From Penicillus capitatus (Eukaryota > Plantae > Chlorophyta): DNA of 64,000 nt. Both the position numbers and the translations under genes were made by a program. The notes under the pieces are model-generated. The model was not told where the DNA came from. It ran no database searches and saw only the letters and a program-made list of their open reading frames with translations. Location of the stretch: NCBI GenBank assembly GCA_965649825.1, contig OZ287701.1, positions 299,101-363,100 of the forward strand. Direction: 5' to 3'. Shown piece after piece: positions 23,343-34,783 of the stretch; position 1 is the stretch's first letter, and the number at the start of each line of letters is the position of its first letter.

Positions 23343-26300
23343 TTAAGGTTCTTCTCCCAGACTTGGATGCGCCCTCAAGGGCAGTTCAATCTCTTCGCAA
23401 TCTCCGGACTCCTCGGCCGTCTCATCAGTGTCCGCCATCGTGTCATTAGACGTTCGCAGAAGCTTGTAGACTTTGATACAAAGACTGAAAAAACCTATGC
23501 TATTCTCATACGTTGCCAGAAACGAAGGATTTTTAGCCTGAAGCTTTAGATCCACAAAAAGGTGCAACCCGGCATACAGGCGAAACACAATATAGACAAA
23601 GAACAGGACATTTGCAACGAGCGATATGACACTCACGAATACGCGACCCAGATGACAGCAGTCATCGTCCTGCAGAACAATTGCTGAATAGAAGACACTT
23701 GCGGATGACGCCAGTGATGCCGCTTCCAGGATGTTAAGGTTGATGGCGTTGTTGAAATCCACTAAGTGCTTGGCTATCTTTGGCATGTGCATGCGATAGA
23801 AGACGTCTCCGACGTACTCAGGCACGAGGTTTTGACCGTCCGTTTCCTTGAAGGGAGAGAACATTGCCTGCAGGGCAAGAGCAACGGTGAGTATTCCAGT
23901 GCACACGGAGGCTTGGAGAATGGGATTCATGTGAACAGAGAACACAACGGCTGCCGCGATCATGCACTTCCTCGACAGGACAATGGACTCCCAAGCGACG
24001 GTGTACCACTCTCCTCTGTAGGCCTGGTAGACGAACCAGTAACGCGAGACGAATGTCGTCCGAGTCCTGCGCTTCCTGTTGAGCGGCAGCCAGAGGATGA
24101 TGGTGAAAATGCCAGCGAGCGAGAAGACTAGACCAGCGATGCCCAGGATTCCAACGGCGCGGTGCGATCCTTCGTAGCACTCGAGTGCTGTATCCTCTGC
24201 CCAGATCTTCTTCTCGACAGCCTCGGTGGCATAGAGGAGATATGGATGCTCCGGCGAAACCTCCTCTCCAACATGCAGGGATAAGCAGTTGATGGCCCTC
24301 ATGAACTCTCTGACGACGTCGATGTAGGAGAACTGCATGGAAACGATGCAGATGACGATGACGGAAGTAACAAAGCGCTCGGGAGAGAATCGCGATTGCT
24401 GTATCGCCCTCGTCAGTCGAAGTCTTATCTGCCAGAGAAGGAAATATAGCGAGAATATCAGCACCATGGCAACCAGCACAATCCACGGTGTGCTCATCCT
24501 CAACCACATGGCGGCGATGGATGCAGGAACATTTCTCCCTCCGAAGTTGCACTCGTATGGAGTGAAGACGAATGTCGTCAATGATCCAATCAAGCTGGCT
24601 GAAAAGCAACACATACGATAGACAAACATTCTCAGAACACTGCAGCATACCGTGGAACTGTAGCAGTGCCTCCATCATCCCGTTCCATTCCATCTGCAAT
24701 CTCACTGCAGCACCAGTGACTTGCAGGTAATTAATCAGCACCTGAGAGACGGATATCACACATCAGGACTCAAATTCAAACAGACCTTCAGGGTCTCCGT
24801 CATCACAACAGTCGTTAGGAGCTCCTGTTCCAGAATCGACTGCAGCTGTGTGTCCATGTCCTCCATGCTGGCAGTGGTACCTAGACAGAGCATTTGTTGA
24901 TGAGGCTCCTCATGGATTGACGGAGCTGCACGCACCGCTTTGTCCCTGAAGCATGGCGCTGTGGACGGCGCTGTTGCGAACTGGAGGAGCTCTCTGGAGG
25001 GTTCTGCGATCGTTCCTGGCCGCCAGTCTTGTCTCGTACTTGACCAGAGCAACCCTCGCTCCAGTGGACATCAACGTGACGGTGCAGTTGATGCCGATGA
25101 GCACGAAAAGCCATAGAACGGTCAGAAAGAGCCGAGATCCAGTCTTGCTCTTCTCTTCTGGGCATTTCTTGCACTCGCCGTTGTACGAATGCCCGTATCC
25201 ATCCTGACAGGATCCGCACAGCGGCCCTTCGTATCCCTCTGAGCACTGCTGGTAGTCCGCGAGGTCGGGATCTCCGCTTTTCTGCCCGTCGTCGCTTGTG
25301 TTCATCTGATCCAGTATCGCGCTCAGGGCAGATGTATCGTTGTAGAACTCTGTGAGTCTCTTCCTTCTTTCCTCGCACCGACAGGCTTCCGCGTGGATGC
25401 ATTCGTGGAAGACAGGCGAGAACGGCGTGGAATGCCAGTATCCCTTCGCAGGGATCAGGACAGCGCCGCCGGGACACTCCGCATTCGTCTCACAGCCTTG
25501 GCATTTTTCCCGAAATGGAAAGAAGCTGTACTGGTCCGCCGGACATTCGTCACAGACTTCGGCGGAGGCGATCTCGCCAGGATAGCACTCCCTCGTTGTC
25601 AGCAGGAGCGTGACATTGATGCTGTGGTCACGATCGCTGACGATCGTCAGCGTGCTGTTTAGACTGATGCCCCATGCTTTGGTGTTGTCGATGAATGCGA
25701 TTCCGTTCACGGCCTTGTATCTGCTGTCGCCGACGATATCATGTGACATCAGACCGATTTCTAGACTGGCGTCCTCGGTGCCCTTGGTGATGGTGTTGTT
25801 GAAGATGTCCTTGACGTGCACGCGCAACTTTTGGCTGCAGGACGCATTGGAAGCGTCTGGACATGGCATTTCCAGGAGATCTCCGCTAGCGTTGCGCTTC
25901 AGGCGATTGCTTCCACCCTCGATATGGAGTGCAACAGCTCGTGTCCCGGCATCGGAGGGAGCGCCCGTCTCGTCTGTGTTTCCTTCGACGTTAACACAAC
26001 ACACGGATGACCCTGTCGATGCGTTAGCGGCTAAGAAAATCTCTTCTGCATAACATGCCTCTTCCAGCGGGCCGCAGGCGGCAACGATTCCTTTTGGATT
26101 GGATAGATAGACGCCACCAGCGAACTGTGCCTTGTTTCTCGTCACGTTCACGTGATGCAACTCGAATTTCTGGCAGGAGTCGAAGCCGATCGCGTGTGGA
26201 AAGCATGAGGCGATCCTTTTGGTTCTGTTCTTATTCCAGAAAAGATCTGTCATTTCAGTCGACACTCCGCCTGAATCGTGCGACAGTTGTTAAGCAAGCG

Positions 26301-28540
26301 TCATCCTCGTAAGTGTCTCACCTCCGACGATGGCTTCATTTTCCGCGATCGTGAGATTCTCGAACACGATCTCCGCGACAGCAAATGGTCGAATGCTGAA
26401 AAGGGCCAGGCCGATTCCACCGCCATTTCCGTCAGTGGCATCCGTCACAAAGCTCACAGATGAGAATTCCGTGCCAAGCTGTTTGTCGAGAGTCGGCACA
26501 TAGATCTCGGCATGAGAATGTGGAGTGTACGTTTCGCCTTCTCGGACAAGACGGTCAACCTCCGGATCGGCTAAGGACAGAGCCTTGTTTTCGATGATGT
26601 GTGAATCCTCTATCTAAACAAACGCCCCTCGTCTGCGGAACACGGGGAAAGGACAGATGTTCACCCTGAGTCTAGAAAAAGACGTGTCTCCGGCCTCGTA
26701 AAGTATGCCTCCTCCAACAGCCGCAGTGTTGTTCTTGATGATCGTTGGTCGACCGTCAAAGGACGTTATGGTCACATTCCGTGTGCCCAGAAAACTCACG
26801 CCACCACCGACGACGGCGCGATTGTTTTCGATTCGGACTCCGCGAAGGACGATCGGTTCATCGGTGTTCATGGACCAAATGCCTCCCCCGCTACCTCGAT
26901 TCGCTGTATTGCCACGAACGACAACCGCAGACATCTCCAGAGAACCTAAGGGAACAGCAGCCGGTAGTTCGTCGCTGTCTCGCGGGTGTTGTTGCAACGC
27001 ACCTCCAAACTCTGTCATAATTCCGCCGCTGCTGAAGGCCCTGTTGCCTTCGATCACACTGTCGGCCGAAGGATCGCTCCGATGCTGTGCGAATATCAGA
27101 GCAGATTTCCGGCTGTAGAGCGCACCTCCGTGCGCAGAACTGCAATTCCTGAATGTGGAATTCGTCACTACTGTGCGGGTTCGAACCAGAGTCGCGCCGC
27201 CGCCGATGGTCAATCCAACGTTGCCTTCAAAGAGGCAGGAGACGATCCGATTCTCGGCTCTGGACGGATTGGGCGACTGAAGACTGAGAGCGCCGCCTCC
27301 CTGGGCAAGGTTGCCGAGGAAGACGGAGTCCTTGAGCTTCGTCGCAACGACTGCTTCGTCCAGCGACTCCGTCATGATGGCCCCTCCGAGACAGAAGCCC
27401 TCCATCCCGAACGTCACTTCCAGGGCGTCTGATTGGTTGCCGCAGAATGCACGGTTGTCTGTGAACCGCGAGGACGTGACATTGAAGACGTAGAGCGTCT
27501 CGTTGGTGGAAAGAAAACGATAGGGCATGACTGTGACTCCGCCCCCTCCTTGGCAACCCACGTTACCCGTGAAGTCTGATGCCCGGATGCTGACGCCAAG
27601 TACACCGCAGGCAAACACGGCGCCGCCTTTGACAGTAGCCTTCAGCATATCACTCCTCGCGACACCGAGCAGTTCTTTGCTCGAATTCAGCACTCTGTCT
27701 TCCCCGTGGGCTTTGTTTTCTTCGAAACTCGACTTCCTGATCGACAGATCTGTCCTTTGGTGGCTCTTGGCGCACAATGCCCCTCCCGCGAAAAATGCTT
27801 CGTTCTTTCGGAAAACGCTTTGATGGACGAAAATCTCGACGTCTTCTGCGTACACGGCTCCGCCGACCGCGGCCCGGTTCTTCACGAAGCGACAGGACAT
27901 GAGTCGAAGCACTGGCACAGAGCATGAATTCTCTGTATGGGCCCTTATTCGGACAGCACCACCAAGGTGCGTGCCATTGTGCCCTCCATTATTCCTGAAC
28001 TCCGCCTCCTCGAAGGTAAAAACCGCTCTCGATCCGTCGCTGTCCCCAGAGCGCTGACAGTCGATGACAACGGCCGATTCTTCGGTACAGTTAGAGAATC
28101 TTATCGATGCGATGGTCACGTTCCTCCCTCTGCAACAACGACTTCCTCACCGTGCAAGAAGCCCAACGCACCTGATGCGGACGGCACTGTCTGTTCCAGG
28201 CGGCGGGCAGTGTATAACGGTCTCTCCTTTCACGCCCGCGATGGTGACGTCTGACGCATCGATGACGAGCGTCCTCGTCAAAGCTATCTCCACCCCATCG
28301 ACACTCACTGTGTCGCCTTGTCCGATGTTCTCGACCCTTTCCCGAAGGGCCTCTTCTGTCCGAACAGCTTCGTTGGCACTTCCATTCTGATGCAGAAGAC
28401 GCGAGCGGTGCAGGCCTAAGGAGGAACACAGAAATCGTTTCGCCTCTTTCGGAAATGGCGAATGCGTAACTCGCAGTAGGAAGGCACAACAGCAGTAGAG
28501 TAGCTCTTGTGCAGAATACGAGGAAGAATGACTGTGCCAT
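23343..28540 (-). CDS. Pmp-like beta-helix + Cys-rich + multipass membrane protein (copy 2)
   Basis: ATG at 28540 (MAQSFFLVFCTRATLLLLCLPTASYAFA). Same exon and domain order as copy 1. ORFs 26614-28119, 24910-26265 and 23343-24629 are separated by short introns. No disabling lesion seen. Confidence 0.8.
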
Positions 28541-28650
28541 GTCTCTTTGTGCAGGATTCGGTGTGTCAGCGACAAGTATGGTGGCGACGTTTGCTGTGTT
28601 AAAAGGAAGACGCAATTCAAACAATAGAAATGTGGACACGGGACACGTGG

Positions 28651-28809
28651 TGTCGCGAGAAGATTCTACTGAGCCAAGATTGAACCATAATCGCTGTCAC
28701 ATCACATGCATAAAATGGACAGGCGCGTTTATCTAATAACTTCTTGTTTACGTTCTTTGTAACAAGGTTTCTGTTTCCGACGCAATCAATTACAAAGCAA
28801 AACTTGACA
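28651..28809 (+). repeat. 5' LTR (159 bp)
   Basis: TGTCGCGAGA...AACTTGACA; identical by eye to 33038-33196. Confidence 0.97.
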
Positions 28810-30134
28810 TGGTTTCGGAGCGTTGTTTTCTGACGACGGACCGTGGAGATGTGGAGACGGCTCTTAACGCCGCTGCCATGGTGGCAGACGGTTACAGGGC
28901 TGGAGAGAGACTAGCTGGAGCCTCGAAGAGAAAGGACGAGTCATGGCTACAATTTGCTGAACGGTTCAGCATTTTGGCAGCTCAATCTGGACTCCCTCGG
29001 GAAATGCAGATAAAAACGTTTTTCAAGAAGCTTCCGGCACAGTTGAGAAGGGCAATTTCGAGTTTGCCCACGACCACCACAATGCCCGAGATGGTGTTAA
29101 TGATAAAGAATGTGACGTTTTGGATGGGGTCAGCTCCCGCTTCGGAAATTGACAAAGACGCGATGGATGTCGATGCTCTGGACGTAGAATGTGGCGAAAG
29201 CTCCGCGAACGTTAATGCCATAGGAAGGGGTCTGCCCCTTAGGGAGCTATGCGATTCAATGAGGGCGGAGCTCGCGAAGAACCCGCGTTTTGCAAGCATC
29301 ATGGAGGAAATTTTAGGGCAGTGGCGCCACCATGGCGCACAAGGACAACAACGTGGGGCGCGACGGGCAGTAACCAGAAGGCCACCGGGAAGAAACCAGT
29401 TTCAAGGCAATTGTTACCAATGTGGACAATTTGGACATTCTGCTAAGTTCTGCCGGAACCGCTATCCCCAGGTTCGGGAGGCCCAACCGGTATCCACGGA
29501 CAATCGATTCGAAGCACTGGCGTCTTTTGACGAGGAGAAGAGCGAGGAAGTCTCTTCAGTGCTTTCTGTGGGATTGAAGACTACTGAAATTGGTCCAAAA
29601 GAACAAGATGTGGCCGCGCAAATCAAAGACCATCGCCCACAGGACAAAGGACGGAAGAACCCGAATCACTCTCAGAGGACGGTGAAGGATGGAAGTATCA
29701 AGTTCATCGATTATCCCAGAGTCGAACAAACAGCTCGCGTTAATCCTGTTCGGTCTCATTCTTCTCTAAAGGTGGCGATGTACCTTGCAAATCGTCCTGA
29801 CAAGGAACAAGCTCTGGTGGATACGGGAGCTGAAGTCTCTCTTCTGCCTCTGAGTTATTGTCAGCGTTGGGGGGTAAAGGTCAAGCGTCTCGAAAACACC
29901 CGCCTGCGAGGATTCAACAACACAGTCAGTCAGGTAACAGGAGAGGTTACTTTGCCCACTAGAATTGGGGGCTGGAACAAGGCTATTCCGTACTATGTGA
30001 CGGATGCCACCGACAAGGTGATTCTTGGCTACTCTGCTTTAAAGAATTTTGGTGTTATGGTGGATTGTTCGAATGACTGTTTGTTGGGTGAAGATGGGCA
30101 TGTTGTTTTCTGTCGTTCTGTTTCGTCAAACTAG
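28809..30134 (+). CDS. gag: Gag (capsid + CCHC zinc knuckle) fused to aspartic protease
   Basis: ES..QFAERF..LA gag-like motif, CYQCGQFGHSAKFC knuckle, ALVDTGAEVS protease active site and ILGYSAL. Confidence 0.92.
   Translation: MVSERCFLTTDRGDVETALNAAAMVADGYRAGERLAGASKRKDESWLQFAERFSILAAQSGLPREMQIKTFFKKLPAQLRRAISSLPTTTTMPEMVLMIKNVTFWMGSAPASEIDKDAMDVDALDVECGESSANVNAIGRGLPLRELCDSMRAELAKNPRFASIMEEILGQWRHHGAQGQQRGARRAVTRRPPGRNQFQGNCYQCGQFGHSAKFCRNRYPQVREAQPVSTDNRFEALASFDEEKSEEVSSVLSVGLKTTEIGPKEQDVAAQIKDHRPQDKGRKNPNHSQRTVKDGSIKFIDYPRVEQTARVNPVRSHSSLKVAMYLANRPDKEQALVDTGAEVSLLPLSYCQRWGVKVKRLENTRLRGFNNTVSQVTGEVTLPTRIGGWNKAIPYYVTDATDKVILGYSALKNFGVMVDCSNDCLLGEDGHVVFCRSVSSN
28810..28821 (+). other. Primer-binding site, tRNA-iMet-like
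   Basis: TGGTTTCGGAGC immediately follows the LTR and differs at 2 of 12 positions from the common iMet PBS TGGTATCAGAGC. The tRNA identity is an inference. Confidence 0.6.
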
Positions 30135-33070
30135 CTCCGCCAGGTCATGGCGCTTCGCCTGGCGTGACGCTACGTGTTGATCGACAGCTTGTCAAGGGTT
30201 CAGAACCGAGCATTTCTCAATGCTCATTTTTTCTTAGATTGGGAAGAACTGTTTACCTTACTCCTCTTGAAAGTCGTTTGGTCATGTTGCCTGTTAGTGT
30301 ACACGGAGACGGACTTATTGGCCTTTTTTCATGTTGTTTCCTCCGAGAGGTGTCGGCTACACCGATTTTAGGCAAAAATGGACGGATATCGGTTCGAGTG
30401 CATAACTTTTCAGATCGTTTGGTTACTTTGTCGCCTAAACTGAAGGTTGTTCGGGGGAACTTCTCCGGTACTGGTAAACTTTTGCATGACCCCAGATTGG
30501 TTACTCAGGTTATAACTGATGCTCTTGATTCATCTGAGCGCCCAGATGTCCATTCGAGAGTGAACTCTTTTTCTGTCTGGAAATCTCGTTTTCCTTATTT
30601 GTTTGCTGATAACAACTCAAGTTACGCCACATCTTCTACACTTCGTGCCCTTACTGTGAAAGCCGAGGAACTTGTTTGGAAATCATCAGTTCCTTTCTCA
30701 AACTCAGGTTCACCGCCGTGCTTAACTGATTGTTCCATGGAAGCTGCACAGGCCGAACTTCGATCATTGCTCTCTCGCGGGATCATTCAAGAGCTTTCCT
30801 GTTTTGATCGCGGTTTCTTTTCCCCAGTTGTGTTTTTGAAAAAACCGGATGGCCGAGTCAGGGTGGTTGTTAATTTTCAAAAACTGAATCAGTACTCCGA
30901 AGTGTGGAACTCATACACACCTGATACTCGCACAGTTGTTCGCGCCGTTGATCCTTCATGGCGCCTGTTTACGGTACTTGACCTTCGAGATGGATATTTT
31001 CATATCCCGGTCGACCCCTCTTTGAGTCGTCTTTTCTGTTTTTCGTGTTTTGGCCGCAGATACCGTTTTGCCACTCTGCCTCAAGGATGGGCTTCAAGTG
31101 TAGGCTTTTTTAACGACCGTGTCCGCCGCATTCTGGGACATCTTCCTGGAACGGCATACTTTGATGATATTATTATAGGCGGTCGCGATCAGAAATCTCA
31201 CGATCGTAACCTTGAGGCCGTTTTGTCAGCCCTTCAATCAGCTGGATTCCATGTTAATCCGAAAAAAGTACAGTTCTGTAGTCCACACGTACATTTTTTG
31301 GGTTTCTCAATATCGGGTGATCAATATCATCAGCATAATTACATTTCTAAGCAGCTCACACAACTACCGATAGTGCGAACGAAGAAGGATTTGCAAAAAA
31401 TGTTGGGTATTTTTACAGCCTGTCGAGGGAACTGTCCCGGCTTGGGACTAGCCATTGCTCCCCTTTACTCCTTTTTACAGACTGATCGGCGACACATTGA
31501 TTGGTCTTCTGTGCAGACTACTGTTCGCTCTGTTGCTGCCCATCTCTTACGCAATTCACTTGCTTTCTTACGATGTGTGTCCTCACCTGTTTTTCATATT
31601 GAAGTAGATTGGTCGGGCTCTGGGGTTGGTTATCTTCTTTACGCAGGACACCGTTCAGATCGGCGCCTCATTGCCACTAACTCTCATGCCATACGTGGTT
31701 TTCCTGTTAGTTCATTCCTTGGAGAGTTAGATGCCATCGTTTGGTGCCTTCAAGATACACTTGCTCTTACCACTGGCTGCCCAGTCCATTTGTATTCGGA
31801 TTCCTTGAGCGCTTTGCAGAAATTACGCACACATGATGTGTGGTACAAGTCTCGTTCTGACCTTCGCATTGGACGCCGTTTGGGATGGCTATGGGAAAAT
31901 TTTCCACTTGACTCTCGCCTTTTCCTTCATTTTCTTCCGGGTTCTGATAATTTTCTGGCTGATTGTCTCTCCCGATGGCCCATGCTAGCGCAGCGGAAGG
32001 ATTTGGAGCTAAATGAGGTTAAGGGATGTTGTGGAGAGCAGCAGAAGCGTATAGCCAAGGCGCATATGGGTCACTGGGGAGTTCGCAAGACAATCTTAAA
32101 TCTGAAGGGAGATGGTGGCCGGTGTTGGACGGGAATGGAAAGGGATGTTAAAAGATTTGTTGAGAATTGCTGGACTTGTCAAGTATGGGGGCAGTCACAA
32201 CATAGGGTAACTTTAGGAATTACGGATGCTAACAAGGTGGGAGACGCAGTTGGAATAGACTTTGCAGGACCGTTACCAACCGGTGAATCGGAGGAGCCAC
32301 GTTTTATCTTACTCATGGTGGATTATCTGTCACGATGGGTTGAGGCTTGGGCCTGTTTGAAACCAAGTAGCGAAGCTGCTATAAAAGCATTGGACAAGTG
32401 GAGGCAGAAGAACGGAGACATCCGAATGCTAATCTCGGACAATGCACAGACGTGGAACTCAAGGAGTGTAAGGGAGTGGTGCAAAGAGCATGGAGTGTCG
32501 CAAAGGCTTACTGCAAGCTATATGCCGAAATCGAACGGACTGTGTGAGCGACAGATTGGGATCCTAAAGGGAAGGTTAAAGCGAATGTGTGGAAATTCGG
32601 AAGACTGGAAGAGAGTTCTGCCAAGGGCAGTGAAGATTATGAACAATTCAGTCAATGAAACAACTTTGCACACTGCTGCGGAGTTAAAAAATGGAGTTAC
32701 GAGAAATGGAAAGGAAGTGACACGGGAAATACAAGAGAACTGGATAAAGGAAGCAAAGGAGAGGACAAGGAAAACCCAGTTAGACGCAAATGAGATGAAG
32801 AAAAGAAAATACGGGAGCACACCACCGCTTCAGATAGGAGATCAGGTTTTAAGACCAAGAGCGAGAGCTCAAATCGGCTTATTTACTTCCCCGTGGGACG
32901 AAGAGCCATGCGTCGTCATGGAAGCCATTGGTGATCATTTGTGGTTAGTTGAAGGGATGTTATCTGGGATAGTATCACGAGTACACGATGATCAGTTGAG
33001 GCGGATTCCTCCAAGGACAACAGCGCAGCTGGAAGCGTGTCGCGAGAAGATTCTACTGAGCCAAGATTGA
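30092..33070 (+). CDS. pol: Pol (reverse transcriptase, RNase H, integrase) in the -1 frame relative to gag; frame open from 30092
   Basis: KKPDGRVRVVVNFQKLN, LDLRDGYF, LPQG, YFDDIII. RNase H: EVDWS, ELDA, YSDS, NFLADCLSR. Integrase: HHCC, GIDF, SDN, ERQ. No chromodomain seen. Confidence 0.95.
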   Translation, partial: RWACCFLSFCFVKLAPPGHGASPGVTLRVDRQLVKGSEPSISQCSFFLRLGRTVYLTPLESRLVMLPVSVHGDGLIGLFSCCFLREVSATPILGKNGRISVRVHNFSDRLVTLSPKLKVVRGNFSGTGKLLHDPRLVTQVITDALDSSERPDVHSRVNSFSVWKSRFPYLFADNNSSYATSSTLRALTVKAEELVWKSSVPFSNSGSPPCLTDCSMEAAQAELRSLLSRGIIQELSCFDRGFFSPVVFLKKPDGRVRVVVNFQKLNQYSEVWNSYTPDTRTVVRAVDPSWRLFTVLDLRDGYFHIPVDPSLSRLFCFSCFGRRYRFATLPQGWASSVGFFNDRVRRILGHLPGTAYFDDIIIGGRDQKSHDRNLEAVLSALQSAGFHVNPKKVQFCSPHVHFLGFSISGDQYHQHNYISKQLTQLPIVRTKKDLQKMLGIFTACRGNCPGLGLAIAPLYSFLQTDRRHIDWSSVQTTVRSVAAHLLRNSLAFLRCVSSPVFHIEVDWSGSGVGYLLYAGHRSDRRLIATNSHAIRGFPVSSFLGELDAIVWCLQDTLALTTGCPVHLYSDSLSALQKLRTHDVWYKSRSDLRIGRRLGWLWENFPLDSRLFLHFLPGSDNFLADCLSRWPMLAQRKDLELNEVKGCCGEQQKRIAKAHMGHWGVRKTILNLKGDGGRCWTGMERDVKRFVENCWTCQVWGQSQHRVTLGITDANKVGDAVGIDFAGPLPTGESEEPRFILLMVDYLSRWVEAWACLKPSSEAAIKALDKWRQKNGDIRMLISDNAQTWNSRSVREWCKEHGVSQRLTASYMPKSNGLCERQIGILKGRLKRMCGNSEDWKRVLPRAVKIMNNSVNETTLHTAAELKNGVTRNGKEVTREIQENWIKEAKERTRKTQLDANEMKKRKYGSTPPLQIGDQVLRPRARAQIGLFTSPWDEEPCVVMEAIGDHLWLVEGMLSGIVSRVHDDQLRRIPPRTTAQLEACREKILLSQD

Positions 33071-33196
33071 ACCATAATCGCTGTCACATCACATGCATAA
33101 AATGGACAGGCGCGTTTATCTAATAACTTCTTGTTTACGTTCTTTGTAACAAGGTTTCTGTTTCCGACGCAATCAATTACAAAGCAAAACTTGACA
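33038..33196 (+). repeat. 3' LTR (159 bp)
   Basis: Identical by eye to the 5' LTR; followed by TSD CGTGG. Confidence 0.97.
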
Positions 33197-34783
33197 CGTG
33201 GAAAAAACAAACAGAATTGTTTTGAATCTTGTAAACAAGGCAGCAAACGAGAGTCGATATCTGCGCCGACAACGTCGACGAAAGCATTCGGGATTCGAAC
33301 CAAGAACACGAGATATCTTTACAGTGAATTGTCGCCCTTAAATACACTGGCGGTTAATGGTTCTTAACCTTAAGTCTTTAACAGCCGTGAACTTTTCTGC
33401 GAGTTCGACAACCATACCCCTATCGTTGTGAGGAAGTTGCGTAAAGGTTCTTCATCCGTCGCTCTCTATGGCCCTGGAGCACCCGGATGGTTATTGGATG
33501 CGCGCAACAGTCGTGATAGTGGTCATCGGCGATTCGCATGCCAACCTCCAACAAGAATAACCACTCGTTCGGAGCACAATGCGAATAATACTCGGTCCGA
33601 CGTGTTTCGAAGATACGGTTGCCGAGAAGTCCTTTCGTGTTCCAGAAAACCGTCTTGCTGCGAATCATCCTTCACGTTACATCCTAGAATCCAAGAGCAA
33701 ACGGGCGTCCTCTCTCCATAAGACCTGTCCGATTGGGAGCTGACTCTCCATACGCCGAGACAGAGAACGCGCACTGCCGAAGAGATGCTCTCGGAGTCGA
33801 GAAAGAAGAAGCAGGAGCAGGAGCAGACGGAAGCATGGCGAAGGGCCACGATGTCAACGAATCATTCGTCAGAATTGCGAGGATCCCTCTGCTAAACAGG
33901 AGTGGTCTAACAGGAGAGTGATGGGTCATACTTACTGCGTTGACGATTTACCATGACCTCATAGTCGTGGGGAGGCCGAGCAACGGATGAGCCTTGCCTG
34001 ACTTCTGCCATGGTGGATCAAGCACAAGCCTGAAACTCCCACTCATTCCTGAATTTGCAGCGCGATGACTTGCATGGATAGCGACGTGGCCAGAGTGGCG
34101 GGGAAGGTCGGAAGAGACTCGAAGATACCAGACGCATGACAGAAACCACCCAAAGTCCTAGACTGGCAACCTTGTCAAGGCAGTGCTCCATTGCATGACG
34201 GACTCAGAGGCGACAGGCTCCTGCCAATCTGTCATACGCGGAAGACTCTCAAAGTCTATACTGCCAATCCGATTTCGGTCCACTCACTCTCTGTTCGCGG
34301 CAGACGATTCATCTCTCGAATGAACAGGGAAGTTGAGTGCGATGTCGCCAGCTGCAGTCACAGTGGCTGCCATTCAACCTGTTTCCTCTGTTCTTGTAGT
34401 CCACCTGACAAATGCATACACTCTTTTAAATGTTGCACTGTTGAAGACAGTCAGTAAAGATTCCGGAACGCAACATCGTGTGCGACAAGATCTGCTGCCC
34501 GGTGTCTCGCCCGGCAGTGATCTGGGATAGGAATCAATGAGAGTCATGTCCACGCTTCGAACCGTCGCTTAGCCGGTTACAAGTTTCATAGCGTCACTGC
34601 ACATTGGACGCGCAGCAGCAAACCGCTGTCATTCTGGCGACACGTGGGCGCTTCAGAACCACTATCCGTGTCGGCGGCGTGTGAGGAAACGCAGCGGCTA
34701 TCCATCGTTCACTACGAATTCGCCTTTCCTGTCGATAGCCTGCATTCGACGGTCAGCCGCCGCTTTTGCCGTTCAGGACAAGC

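Larger units (their letters stand above)
28651..33196 (+). mobile_element. Full-length Ty3/gypsy (Metaviridae-like) LTR retrotransposon
   Basis: Two TG..CA LTRs, 5-bp TSD CGTGG (28646-28650 and 33197-33201), PBS directly after the 5' LTR, domain order gag-PR then RT-RH-INT. The paralogous site near 55100 is empty. Confidence 0.97.

Noticed and set aside
33700-34560. Segments conserved with 55300-56150 containing splice-like signals
   Set aside because: The similarity is explained by the segmental duplication. Candidate frames have stops in one copy and no consistent ORF.
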